DNA of 62,713 bases, the filler included, from Perkinsus olseni (Eukaryota), in assembly GCA_013115125.1 (NCBI GenBank). It is 6 parts of 6 records of this genome, joined end to end, with 100 filler letters (N's around TTAATTAATTAA, not from the genome) between each part and the next. Parts side by side here need not be neighbours in the genome. Positions count along the whole stretch, not along the records: positions 35,973 to 47,772 come from JABANN010000815.1; positions 47,873 to 59,653 come from JABANN010000816.1; 4 more parts are not named here. One strand, 5' to 3'. The notes beneath the pieces are model-generated. The model was not told where the DNA came from. It searched no databases and was given only the letters and a program-made list of their open reading frames with translations. The first letter of the stretch is position 1; each line of letters opens with the position of its first letter. Positions 37,201 through 49,321 of this stretch are shown here, piece after piece. The position numbers were made by a program, and so were the translations under genes.

Positions 37201-38446
37201 CTCAAGACAGAGACATCACAGCAATGAAGGCAACAGCATCACAGCAGACGGGGGCGCTCCTGTCACTCGCGAGAATCGATGTCCTCGCCTTACGGGGTTC
37301 TCGCAGACTTCCCTGCCTGTTCTCGTCCGTAGTGTCCCGTGGTTGACTAGCCCGCACACAAGAGCTAAAGGACGTTTAGTGCAGGTTCCGAGTCGGAGCT
37401 TCCGACTGATTAATGCTGAAATTCTTAACTGAGAAGGTGCAGCCTCATCGAAAGCTCCGTACAGGTAGCTTTTCTAATTTCGTACGCTCTCATGGGCGAC
37501 GCCGACGATGGTAGGATACACCAAGTGTGGGCAGCACTGTCCAACCGGGCCATAGCGTGCTTAGCGGATGAGTATAGCGCTCTTCATGTGAGCATGAAGC
37601 TCACGACACGTGACGTTCAAAGTTTGCAAAGAGCAGTGAGGCGAAGAAATGACTTGTCGCCCTCACTGGTGCCTTTCTAGGACTCGTCAGGGACTCCCGA
37701 CTTGAGCTTTCCAGAAGCTTCCCAAGTAAACTCCAAGAAGCCCAAGTTGGGCCCAATAATGCCTCCAGAATGTATCGCAGAGCGACAAACTAAGCAGTAA
37801 TCGAGAACCAGTGATCAGCATTCGTATATAATAATTTGGCCAGCTCTCCAAGCGGCTTCAATGGGGTACCAAATTGAGGTATCCTCACGTTGACCATGCT
37901 TCGTCCTTCTATTTCATTAACGGATGTAAATTCTCCCTGCAGTTACACTCGGCCGAGCTACCAGTGCCATAGGCGACGTAATCATAATACTATGGCAATC
38001 GCCTTCATCATGTCGTTCGAACCTTTATCAATTACTCACAGTGGTCTACTATGTGGCCCGGAAGGCACGGTCAGGAGCCAAAGCGCTATCGAAATACCGT
38101 GGACATGCTATTTGTTCGCTGACTAGTCATCGTTACTTTATCTGAGAGGAGTTTCGAATTCAGAACAACTTCGTCCTGTGTGGACTCAAACTCGAACAGT
38201 GCATCTACCGAATAAAAGTTTGGTTTATTGAACGGATAATAAGAAGTCTGGAAAAGCATTGCTCTCGGAGGCAGCCAGACATAGTATAACGTACGGAAAT
38301 GTTGATGTTAGCAACTGCAATACCATTACGGATAGTACTACGGGCCTAGTGCATTAAAAAGTTGTGGCGTGCCACATCTCGGGCAGGAAGACGGCGTACT
38401 TGTAAACCACTGAGACAGTTCCAAAAACACAGCATAGTAAAACTTC

Positions 38447-38758
38447 TCACTCATTACGATCGAATTTCGCACGTCGGAGAGACGCTCGGTCGCTATCGTC
38501 ACCAGCGACAACTTTCTTGAAGTAAGTGAAGAGGCCCCCCTCTTGTGCGGCGGTCTCCTGCGAGATCCGTGGCTCAGCCTCTTTTGGCCCATCCTCAGGG
38601 TCATTAGGGTCGCCAGGGTCATGAGGAACGATCTTCTGATACTCGCGCTCTCCTGGCTGGTCATGGTCAATAAGCATCCCCAAGCAACTGGCGTTACAGT
38701 ACTCGATAACTACCACCAAGCAGTACAGGTGCTGTAGAAGCTTCGTGACGCGAGTCAT
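38447..38758 (-). CDS. Secreted acidic family, copy B (probably first exon of a spliced gene)
   Basis: Signal peptide ending NASC and motif DPEDGPKEAEP. A GTGA donor-like site is shared with copy A, and downstream sequence is conserved (~38060-38260 vs ~36110-36320). Confidence 0.65.
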   Translation of the reverse strand: MTRVTKLLQHLYCLVVVIEYCNASCLGMLIDHDQPGEREYQKIVPHDPGDPNDPEDGPKEAEPRISQETAAQEGGLFTYFKKVVAGDDSDRASLRRAKFDRNE

Positions 38759-39463
38759 CGGATCTGGGAAATGAACAAAATCCCGGCGGTGAACGATTCC
38801 GCACGCATGCGCAAGCCGAGCTTATCTCAAGGAACTTATTTCCTGCAAGCCAGCTCCGCCTCATCACATTCCTCAGGCGACGAGGCAATACATTGTCGCC
38901 ATGACACCACTCAAATCAAGCTCTCTCAACCTTGGGCATATTCATCTATCGCACTTCCCCTTGACGGCACGAACAGACAAGTGTCACTGCGGTACGTGAA
39001 TATGGCTCAAGCTCGAGTAAACAGAGAAGCTTGCTAGCTCCTCCCTGCCAGGAGTGAAGGTGGAATAGTCACACCATAGTGCACCATCATCAGCATCATT
39101 TCATCATCACCATAAGTAAAACGATTCCTAACATAAAGTTCATTTGTGAGCTTCGATGTCGCTCACAACGACTGAACAGACTCTTCTTGACTAACTGACT
39201 CTCTTATCACCACCAGGTACCGGTACGACCTGCGGAGGTCTTCAGGCGGAAGGACCTCCTTTCAACCATTTGCGGCGCTATGGGGAATTAAGTTATACGC
39301 GTTGGAGGCTCTCGACACCCGACCTTCCTGTGGAGAATCCGGCAGACCCGAGCGCTTCGTGGTCGGGGAAGCGTTGAAGCGCTGGTATACACCGGTAGAC
39401 GTATACTGTTACTTCTCGGTGTGGTGGCACCCTGGTTGACAGCGCAGTCCACAATCCATGGTT

Positions 39464-39528
39464 AGCTCTTAAGGACATTAGGTATCGGATGAGAGGCTCT
39501 CATCCGATACCTAATGTCCTTAAGAGCT
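39464..39528. repeat. Perfect 65-bp palindrome (32-bp arms, 1-nt spacer)
   Basis: AGCTCTTAAGGACATTAGGTATCGGATGAGAG-g-CTCTCATCCGATACCTAATGTCCTTAAGAGCT. Confidence 0.97.
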
Positions 39529-39936
39529 CTCATTGAGAGCGCGCTCACGTATGCGAACGAATGCTAGCTCAGCACTGCTGAGCACCCTCGTACAGCAAAA
39601 GATATACCAGGGCGTATAGGGGATACTCAAGTCTCCCCGAACTTTGAGACCACTGAGGTAGACACAGCGAGCGCACAAGAAGAAGCGCACAGATCTGAGA
39701 ATAACGAGATCTAACTAACCTCCAGCCATCACCGCCATACGTTGATGAATGCCGAGTGAGATTACGCGTCGGGGCAATGCTCGCCCTACAGGAGTAGGTC
39801 ATAGACGGTAAATCTCCAGCCAAAAAACAAGCCCTGGACTGTGCTGGAGGCCAGCGCAGAAACATTCGGAGAAGGGCGCCGCACGAGAACGGCACAATCG
39901 CGCTTAGCGGCAGTAAACGTAAAACTCAAGCGATAA

Positions 39937-39968
39937 GACTAGTAGATTACCATGGTGATCTACTAGTC
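39937..39968. repeat. 32-bp near-perfect palindrome
   Basis: GACTAGTAGAT-t-ACCATGGT-g-ATCTACTAGTC. Confidence 0.9.
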
Positions 39969-40196
39969 GGCGTGAAACAGAGCTTAACTTAACTGCAGAG
40001 TGAACTCTACTTTAGAGCACCTCTCTCATGATCAAAGACGAAATACAATGATCAGCGCCGACCACCGATTCTGAAACCGGGGGACAACCATTCTCGACTC
40101 GGCCCCTAGCTGAAACTGCGCAGATTCGAGGCCCTCATGAACGGGGAGATTGTCTGCGAGCTTCCACCATTTTAGCGTCAACTTCGTAACCTATCA

Positions 40197-40763
40197 ATGT
40201 ACTCGCTCTCAACTGCTCTATACTTCATCTTGGTTGCTGCTGAGCAGCACTCTGACGTCCTTCTCGGTAACAACAAGAATTCCCCAGCTGGACTCCGATC
40301 TCATGTCGAGATCCAGTTCACGCTCTACAACTCTTCCACTGGGGAGCCAGATATTCAAAGGTTCCAGTTCACAAGTCTGCAGGGCGGTAAGGTAGTCATT
40401 ACCCCTATCCAAGACCGCCTACCGAAAGGCCGATATGAATGCAGATACGACCTTGCTCGAGACAACAGTACGGGCAGGTATTATTTGACACTGCGGGACG
40501 AATGTTTCGAGGTGGTTGCAGATTCTTCCGGTTATTACGACAATAACTTCCTCAGTGGTTGCTCTATACAGTCCAGCTACGAGTACCTCTACGTGCCTAC
40601 CGCAACCACCGGGTATGATGTCTATCAGTCCAACACTACCATTACTACAACTACTCCCACCGTCACAACTACTACAAGAGCTACTAGCGCGTCGTGCGGT
40701 GATTGTTGTAGCACGCTGACTGCAAAATTGTTAATATCAACGGCATTATTGGTATTCTGGTAA
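40197..40763 (+). CDS. Putative GPI-anchored surface protein
   Basis: N-terminal hydrophobic signal, Thr-rich stalk, small-residue site (SAS) and hydrophobic C-terminus LLISTALLVFW. Confidence 0.7.
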   Translation: MYSLSTALYFILVAAEQHSDVLLGNNKNSPAGLRSHVEIQFTLYNSSTGEPDIQRFQFTSLQGGKVVITPIQDRLPKGRYECRYDLARDNSTGRYYLTLRDECFEVVADSSGYYDNNFLSGCSIQSSYEYLYVPTATTGYDVYQSNTTITTTTPTVTTTTRATSASCGDCCSTLTAKLLISTALLVFW

Positions 40764-42621
40764 GACTCCGGCGTACTTCGAATATCTGGGCATATCCGAG
40801 AATATGATTACAAGAAATTCTGATGTTATTGATATTGAGTTCAACTTGATGTTGAACAGACTTGATAAAGATTCTCATTGAGTTTTTCCCAGTGACTACT
40901 CAAAGTGACTTCGGGGCGTACGGCGTTCGACCGAACGAGCACCTAAGAGTCCTACATGTCATTCCGTACGACTTGTACGGAACAATAGCGTAGTCGCGAG
41001 TATCAAAATCTCGCAGTGTGCAAGTCGCGAGACCTCTCACGAAGTACCGAGCGTGGTGAAGTGATCGCGAGCCCGTATTCGCTTCCTTACGTCGTATCAC
41101 ACGCCTTTTTTGCCTCCCAAGACTTTCTTAGAAGGCCACGCAAGTTCTTCGGCGTCGGCAGGTCTGCCGAAGGACGTCAAGTCCTGTGGACGCCTCTGTG
41201 GGCTCTACTGTCACCTACGTGGGGTCCGTTTTTGCAGCCTTGGAAGCATTAATCGACGAGTGTGTACCAGGCTCCCGCCGGGATCCCAGCTGGAACTCGA
41301 ACACCCCCTGTTTTGTCCTCCGCAAGGTTGCGTTGCTCCTTTCGGCGATCGCGTTGGCTCATCTCCAACCGCAGCGACGGCGCGTCAAGACAGTCAGGCG
41401 GGGGGGATAAAAAACCCCACCGAAAAAACAAAACGAGTGGTGAATTAACCCCCGGGAGAGGACACACCACACCCCCCCACCCCCGGGAAGATTGAGAGGG
41501 AGAAAAANNNNNNNNNNTTGGGGCGTGCGGGGTGCCTCATCCCCACCCGCCGCGCGGGCGCGCAAAGACCGCCCGCGGGGTTTACTCCCCACCTCGTCTA
41601 CACACCCCGGTTGGCTATTAAACCCCGGCTTGCTTCCCCCAGCTCTTCCCCAGCAGAAGGTGTTATTATGCGACATCTATCCTAGGTGAAACTCGATGTC
41701 CTCAGGGGCAGGTACCATGCTGGGAAATTCGGATGAGCATGAATCGGCTGTGAGGTGCGCAACCGCTTTTGTATTGTCTCGCCATCGTCTTGGCTCCGTA
41801 CGAGGCAGATTTCATTAGGACTGGAGGAGCTGGCTGAGCTCTCGTCAATGAAAGCATTGCCGAACGTGAGTATCTATCATCAGTGGGTCTCTCTTGATGA
41901 ATGCCGCCAGACCGGCAGGGAAATGTCCTTTGCTGGGACGATAACGGCCTATTGAAGTTGAATAATGCAACCCCTGAGAGAGGAGGTGTGGCGCCAACTC
42001 GTTAACAGCGATCTTGTTCAATTCAGAAAGAGTTCTCGGAAGGAGACGATGCGACTTCGTCAATGAGTCGCCCAGTACGAGTGTCATTGAATCTAGGAGG
42101 AGAATATACTCAACCTTCGTCCCCTGACCGAGATCACGGAAAGGCGTCGGGCAGGACTTCGACTAATCGGAGATGGCCGTGTAGGTTGCCACCTGCGCGT
42201 GCCGCAACATGAGCATGCACAGGGCGACGTGACGCTTTTACGAGCTCCAGAACAACCTCAACCCCAAGTTCACTGCGTGAACGCGAACGCGTCGATGTTG
42301 TGTTGTAAAATAACGAAAACATATGGGAACAAACCGATCCTGGAACATCATCACTCCAGCCGTGACGGGACAGCCACCACTGCAACAACCACAAGTTGGC
42401 GTGGTCGACCATAATAACGGAACGGTTTGTGGGAACATTATCAGCGATCGAAGAAATGTGAGATCGAGCACAGGAAAAATACACCTAGAATTTCGTCTTC
42501 CGCCAAGTACAAAGCAAGAATGCTCTGCAACTTCGTTTACAGTACTCTATACCACTGAAGAGCGCTCGAGGCGCAGCGCCGGACACCGGAGAGCTTCAGA
42601 CCTGGCACTTCGGAGGAGGAC

Positions 42622-42849
42622 TCAATTGTCATCACCGCGAACGGCGACATTCCACGTGAGTTCAGAGGGATCGTCATCTTCTAAGCTCAGCAGGCTACCA
42701 GGCTCAACCTTCAAAGACCCTGCATAGGGTTCAGGCGGGTCCTCGATATCGTCTAGCTCATCAACATCGTCTTTATTACAGACGCGGCAACCTGCGGTTG
42801 CGCAGTCAACAAACAACACCAAGCAGCAGAATGGAAGACGGAGGTTCAT
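42622..42849 (-). pseudogene. Secreted acidic family, copy C (first exon, in-frame TGA at 42622-42624)
   Basis: MNLRLPFCCLVLFVDCATAGC and KVEPGSLLSLEDD. Homology to copy E continues past the TGA. Confidence 0.6.
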
Positions 42850-43922
42850 CGCTGTCAGGAGTGATATGAACAGTCCAGCAGCGGGAGACATTTGTGCACG
42901 CATGCACACTTGAAGGTGATCGATTGTTATCGCCCACGTCAAGGCAAAATACCCTCACACTCTTGAGAAAGTGCACGATTGGTAACACAAAAAAATAACA
43001 CAATAAAGCATGTACCGTTATTATGCAGAGTGCGCTTGCTCACTCACATACTTCTACGCCTACGACGTCTATTCCTATTTCCTGCAGTTGCACGAAGCTC
43101 TCCCGCCATGCAGTATGCCTGAACTCCTTACTGTTTCGGCGGCCTCAGGGCCATTGTAGCGCATGTTTTTTTAACCGGGAGCAGAGTGCAAGTGCATTTT
43201 CCCCACGCACTCATCACCTGTGGCGTTCTGGGAGTAATGGCGGATAAGTTCGATAGGCACTGTGCCTAGGGCAAATAGCTCGCGGCAAAGTGCAGTCCTC
43301 CAAATAATTTGAAATACACTCCAAAAAGTCAATTTCACTTCGACTTCGGCGGGTTCAATCTGATTTTTCAACATGCATGCCACGCAACTCTCCAAAACTG
43401 TGATCATTCCATCATGGAATTTCCATGCCTACAGACTGTATGCACCCACCGCAATAACGACTCTTGCCTTCGTTCGAACGACTCCTTTACCGTTACGCAC
43501 TTTACCACAGAGGATCGCACGAAAAGATGCTCCATACCTCGCATTGCCCATATGCCCGACTCGAAACTGCAGTGACTGTCATGGCTACAACCATTCAGGT
43601 CTGCTGCGCCACATGATGAGGTAGCCGGCTCCCGACAGGATCGTGCATCTGGATCTCGCCATTGGTGGATCTAGACGCCGCTATGGAAGTGACGACCATC
43701 AGACTAACCCAACCATCGCAGGCGGCCCGAAACTCCCCCTATTCAAACGTTCCTCTCAATCATGAAGCTGAGGTGAGATCGAGCACAGTAAAGATACTCC
43801 TAGAATTCCGACTTTCAGTTTATCCGGAGCGGGACTACTCGGCAAGTTTGCGTACAGTACTCTACATCACCCAAGAGCATCCAAGTCACCAGACATCTTG
43901 ACCTCATGTATCGGAGGTGCAT

Positions 43923-44159
43923 TCAGTTGCCGTGATCGGGAGCGGGAACATTCGACTTGAGTTTAGAGGAGTCATCATCTTCCAAGCTCAGCAGGCTATC
44001 AGGCTCAGCTTTCACCGGTCCTCCATCATCAGGATCAGGCTGTTTCACGGGAATATGAGTAAGCTCGAGCTCATCTTCGTCATCAGGAAGGACGGGGCAA
44101 CCGGCGGTTGCGTAGGGCATCGACAACACCAAACAGTAGAATGGAAGACGGATCTTCAT
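43923..44159 (-). pseudogene. Secreted acidic family, copy D (first exon, in-frame TGA at 43923-43925)
   Basis: MKIRLPFYCLVLSMPYATAGC and DPDDGGPVKAEP. Confidence 0.6.
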
Positions 44160-45090
44160 CACCACGGGGAAAGGAATGAACACCAGGCGAACGGGAGGTG
44201 ATTTTGCACGCATGCACACTCTCCGGTAATCGATTGCCATCGCTCATGTCAGTACCCACATGCTGCTGAGAGGCATCACCCGAGTTCAGCCATCAGCATT
44301 TCGCTCTTTCATCTACAGTCGATCAAACTACTCGAAATGTAGTCCGAGAAGGTGTACGATATTAGCACCCTCAACGGGTCGGCTTAGCTTCAGCGCATCT
44401 CCTTAGCGGCGCAAGATAGTCAGCATCACAAACACGCGAAAATTGCATGTGACATGATGCCGGTGCGTGACTATCTTGCCTTCGTTCAAAAGACCCCATC
44501 GGCGTTAAGCATCGAGTATTGTAGCGAAAGGATGACCCATGTCACTCATAGTCCGCAGACCTGACTCAAGCTCGTGGTCATTGCACTGTCGGCCTTTTTT
44601 CGTTCGTACACCATACTCAGATGGGTTGTATCATGGCAGTAGTCTAACGAATGCTCTGGCGGTGTCTGAGTGGCTGATGACAGATGCTTAAGTGGGACTC
44701 ACACCGTCCATCTCCATCTCACATCGCACGGGGCTCGCGGCGCTAACAAACAACGCCCGTCATACCAACTCAACCATCTCAGGTTATCCGAAACCCAGGC
44801 TCTCGAAACATCTTAACGTGCATTAGTCCGTTTGAAGACGCTACTCTTCGACGATCCACCCCCCGGACTTCGGACCATACCCCGGGTCCACATGGCGCTC
44901 GGGAATGTCCTGAACGCAGGTTGCTTCTCAGTCCCTCTTACCCCGTCGCGCTTTCCCAAGCACGAAAAGCATCAACAGTGATCATTCACTTAGGTCATGC
45001 CCTTGCGCTTCTTGTGCCGGACTTCGCAGAGTGATTGATCTGTGGGCGAAGAGCTACGGGAGACAGGATATGCGATCCCACACCATCATC

Positions 45091-45162
45091 GGCTCTATGG
45101 TGTAACGGTTAGCACTCCAGACTCTGAATCTGGCGATCTGGGTTCAAATCCCGGTAGAACCT
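45091..45162 (+). tRNA. tRNA-Gln(CTG)
   Basis: GGCTCTA/TAGAACC acceptor stem (one C:A mismatch), CCAGA-CTCTGAA-TCTGG anticodon arm, GGTTCAAATCC T-arm. Confidence 0.92.
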
Positions 45163-47128
45163 TCTTTCACCATTCCACAATTGCAACAAAGCACTTACGG
45201 CGAGCTGTCACGGCTGACTGATGTATTGAAAGGCCTCGCTCCTGTATCTCGGGACTCTCTCACTGTAGTCGCTGAAGGCCTCGCACTTCACCGCATTCAG
45301 GAAGCTACACAAGGAACTCGAAGCATACGCATGATCTGATGATGAAGAAGTCGCCAGCACTACTAAGCGTTTTGTCGAAAAGCTGAAATACTGTATTCGC
45401 ACCTACACTCAGTCCGGAAGAAGGCATCGAGGAAGTCTCCGATCCTGCTACGTACACCGTGCAAGAAATCCTCAGGAACAATGGAGTTTCTATCTATCCT
45501 TTCTCGGACTATTCATAGTTTAAGATCACACTTTTAGTATACAAATGAGCACGAATGAGAACACCATACTACGGCGATAGACCTACATATATATAAGCAG
45601 ATATACTCACCTACATACAAGTAGGCCCCAAGCGTGCAAAAGATCATTATAAACGTCTCGGGCCACACTCACCAGATAAATTCGCACACTTATCGACCAT
45701 AGCCTCTCGCAAATAAACCGGCACGCCGCCAAATTTCGCGCTTCCTGAGATCATGGAAGAAAAAAATCTTCGGCCCTCAAGAGAGCCCTTATTTGTCGCC
45801 TACTGCGGCGCAGCTGCTCTAAAATCTCTTTCGTGACAGTCGAGTCGGACGAAGCGAGAACCGAACGCCACAAAGGCAACAGGAAGAGCACCAACGCAGG
45901 CACCTAAGCACAAGCCTCTGGTACTGAGCCGCTGAGAATCTTTCCCGGGCCACTCCGAATCAGCGGCATTGCCAGCCGAAGGCCTTCCCCTACATCTTCA
46001 CGATCGAGGGTGGCGTTGATGAACTCGCTCTGTTGCCAGACTCGTGCGGGGAGAGGCTGAACGCTGCCGTAATGCTCCAACATAGACATGCCTACAGAGC
46101 TATGGTCGAGCGGACGGCACAAAACTGGCAACCGATCCACCCAGAAACTCGTCATTGTTCTCCACTGTCAACGCTGTTCGACCGATCATTTTTTCGTAGT
46201 CCATACCACAATGAAGGCCTGAACCTCGTATGCTCGCTGACCGCGATGGCTGCTGCTCGCTGGACAACTGGGAAGGCCGCCGTCACCATAATACCAAATT
46301 ATTGTAAGCGATCATCACAGTGCTCGCCTGGCTGTTGCTCAACAGCGGGGCAGCAGCCACAACACACATTGGAACACACCCTACTTTCCTCTATGTCCTC
46401 CACAAGGTCGCGTTTCCTCTTTCGACAATCTTATTGGCTCATGTTCAATCGCGGCCACGGTGCGTAGACCCGTTGCACAGTAACCTCGGAATGATCCCAC
46501 CAGTTCCTCCCGAACACAAGGTGTTCTTATGTGACAGCGACCCTAGGTAACCCGAGACGACGCCCTCGGCCGCAGGTCGGCGCTGGGAAATTACAATGAG
46601 CATCAATCGACTGTGAGGTGCACAACCACACTCTCTCATCCTCTCACGAGGACTACGAAAAAGCGTTGGGAAAGACTGCGGCAAACGGAGATGGCCGTGT
46701 ATTTTCTCGCTCTCGGCCGCCGAGACTCGGCGTTCGAGTGTCCCACAGTACGAGCTCGCACAGGCCGCACAGAACGCCGTGACGTTGCTGTGAAACCCTG
46801 AACCTCGTAATACGAGGCTCGTATTAATCGCGTGAACGCAAACAGCTCGACGTTGTGTTGTAAAACAGTTATAACAAGCCAACGCTGGGACATCATCACC
46901 CCAGTCAGTCTGCGGCAGCGACCGCTGAAACGATCGTTGGCGCGATCGACCACACTTACCCGACAGTTTATGAGAACATTATCCGACTAATCGTCAAACT
47001 GAGGTGAGATTGAGCACAGGAAAGGCACACATAGATTTTCGACTTACAGTGAATCCGGAGCGGGACCACTCGGCAACTTCGCGTACAGTACTCTACATCA
47101 CCCAAGAGCGCTCAAAGCGCATCGCCAG

Positions 47129-47407
47129 TCACCAGACAGCTTCGGACCTCACACTTCGGAGAAGGACTCGGTTGCCATGATCGGGAGTTGGAGAATTCGC
47201 CGTGAGTCGAGAGGAGCGATAATCTTCTGAGATCAGCGGGCTAGCAGGCTCCACTTTCACAATTCTTGCAACAGGCTTATGCTGGTCATACGAAATATAA
47301 GTAAACTCTCGCTCATCATCTTCGTCATCGTCAGGAAGGACGGGGCAACCGGCGGTTGTGTAGTGAATCGACAACACCAAACAGTAGAATGGAAGATAGA
47401 TGTTCAT
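47129..47407 (-). CDS. Secreted acidic family, copy E (probably first exon)
   Basis: MNIYLPFYCLVLSIHYTTAGC and KVEPASPLISED. Reads CGA (NRVLLR) where copies C and D have TGA. Confidence 0.65.
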   Translation of the reverse strand: MNIYLPFYCLVLSIHYTTAGCPVLPDDDEDDEREFTYISYDQHKPVARIVKVEPASPLISEDYRSSRLTANSPTPDHGNRVLLRSVRSEAVW

Positions 47408-47772
47408 CGCGGTGGGGAAAGGAATGAACACCAGGCGAACGGGGAATGAATTTGCACGCATGTACATTTCCTGGCGACCGATTGCCATAGCATCTATGTC
47501 AGTGCAAAGGACCCTTATACAGAGACTGACCGACTGAGACAACATCACCCGAGTTCCGCCATCAGCATTCCCCTCTTTCATCCACAGTAGATCGAACTAC
47601 TCGAAGTTGAGCTCGAGAAGGTGTACGATGTTAGCACCATCAACGGGTCGGCTTAGTTCCACTGTGTGGTCTGATGGATGGCCGATAGTGGGTCTCACGC
47701 ATGTCGCGGTACTGACTTGGATATCACTTAGGGGAAACTCAACAAGCGGATGTCTTGTGCCAGAATAAGCCA

Positions 47773-47872
47773 NNNNNNNNNNNNNNNNNNNNNNNNNNNN
47801 NNNNNNNNNNNNNNNNTTAATTAATTAANNNNNNNNNNNNNNNNNNNNNNNNNNNNNNNNNNNNNNNNNNNN
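47773..47872. other. Artificial contig linker
   Basis: N44-TTAATTAATTAA-N44. Confidence 0.99.
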
Positions 47873-48448
47873 CTTTCCCATCCCTCCCATTCCCTTGACG
47901 TTGGGGGACCCGGAGTGGCTCGGGGTTTTGGAGTTTGATGGTCTTCACGTAATCTCCTTACCCTAGCTACTCCCGGGTTTGCATTCGCGAATCCGGTCTC
48001 GAGGAGGTGTCCCCTCTCGCGGGTTCTGGTTTCGCGTATGCCTCTCCCAACCTCAGCGTCTGAGGGCTTCCCGAAAGGGAAATTCCCCGGAAATTTGACT
48101 GTTGATTTAACAGTAATGCGCAGTGAGTATTTTTTTGGCATTTCTGGAGAGATAGAATAACCTTATTCCGCGATGGGCCAACTTGGTCGTTAATCATGTT
48201 CCTAACAATATCGGTTTTTTCGTAGTGGCTATTCTGGGACACGACTATGACATTGCAGGCTGCACATCTATTCACCGTGCTCGAGAAACGATGTGGACTT
48301 CGAGTCCGTCAGTTTCCGTTGATCATGGGGACGCGCGAGTAGAACGCGCACGAAAAACACTTCCTGCCCGATTTTAATGTTCCGCTCGCTTCAACGCAGC
48401 AGGAATTAAGAGGTTAGACTTCCCAAGCAACAGGAGAGTGGTTCACTA

Positions 48449-48520
48449 ACCGCTAAGCATCAGGAACTAGTCGACGGCAGGTTCCTGATGCTTAGCGGTG
48501 TAACCTGACTCAGGTTACAC
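48449..48520. repeat. Two adjoining inverted repeats (19-bp arms with 13-nt loop; 11-bp arms with 1-nt spacer)
   Basis: ACCGCTAAGCATCAGGAAC...GTTCCTGATGCTTAGCGGT, then GTGTAACCTGA-c-TCAGGTTACAC. Confidence 0.92.
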
Positions 48521-49321
48521 ATATGAATTGTCGAAATATACTATGAGCTTATAAAGGGGGAGCGCAGAGCGCAACATTAGTGTGTCTTAGGAGCTAACAT
48601 TACTAATATTGGTATTACGTATACGTTCAAAATCACTAGCTATCTAGCCACAGTATAGCGTAGACAGAGAGACAGGAATCATCGTGTTGTGTCACTCAGC
48701 TTACAATGTGTTAAGTCAGGGGGTCCCAAGCTCTGACTCAGAGCCTCTGAGGTCTCCCTAGATGGCGCGCTTTACTTTGCTCCAGTGGTTACCTGCTGTG
48801 GTGCTCAATTTTGGGTAGATGCCTTCCAATACGGAGGTGAAACCTGGAGAATAGCTTTCTGAGAAAAGCCACTCTCCTCGAAGATATATCGCAGTTTATT
48901 GGATCCGAAGCAAGACAAATCCTTCCCTAGATATTGAGCTGTGAGTGCTAAGAATTTGCGGAAGTATTCCCCTACGATCATTCGAGTTCTTACCAACTAC
49001 GGAGACCTACGCCTAGAAACTCGGAGGTTACATCCTCCGAGACATAAGAACAAGCTTCCATGAGTTGCTGGATCGCATTCGTTGACAGTGTACAAGTCGA
49101 AAAAGTGCATATGCTAAGGATTTGTGGAGGGCTGTAGATCACCATGGCAGTTACCACCTTGCCAAACCTAGTATGGTGATGGCTATCATCCGCTCCAATG
49201 CATTGCTCCTGCTCTCCATCCTACCTTCACTCAAAGCCGTGCGTAGTAGTGGAAAAGCCTCTTCCCCAAAGCGCAACACGTAGGTGGCCTATTCAAGTGT
49301 GACGAGAGCTCGCTTATCTGA

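Noticed and set aside
38470-38490. RASLR/RVLLR as an oomycete RxLR or Plasmodium PEXEL motif
   Set aside because: Spacing is RxxLR with no dEER or xE/Q/D, so it is not a true match. Kept only as a family-specific motif.
41330-41660. Homopolymer-rich ORFs around the internal N gap
   Set aside because: Looks like low-quality read ends flanking a scaffold gap.
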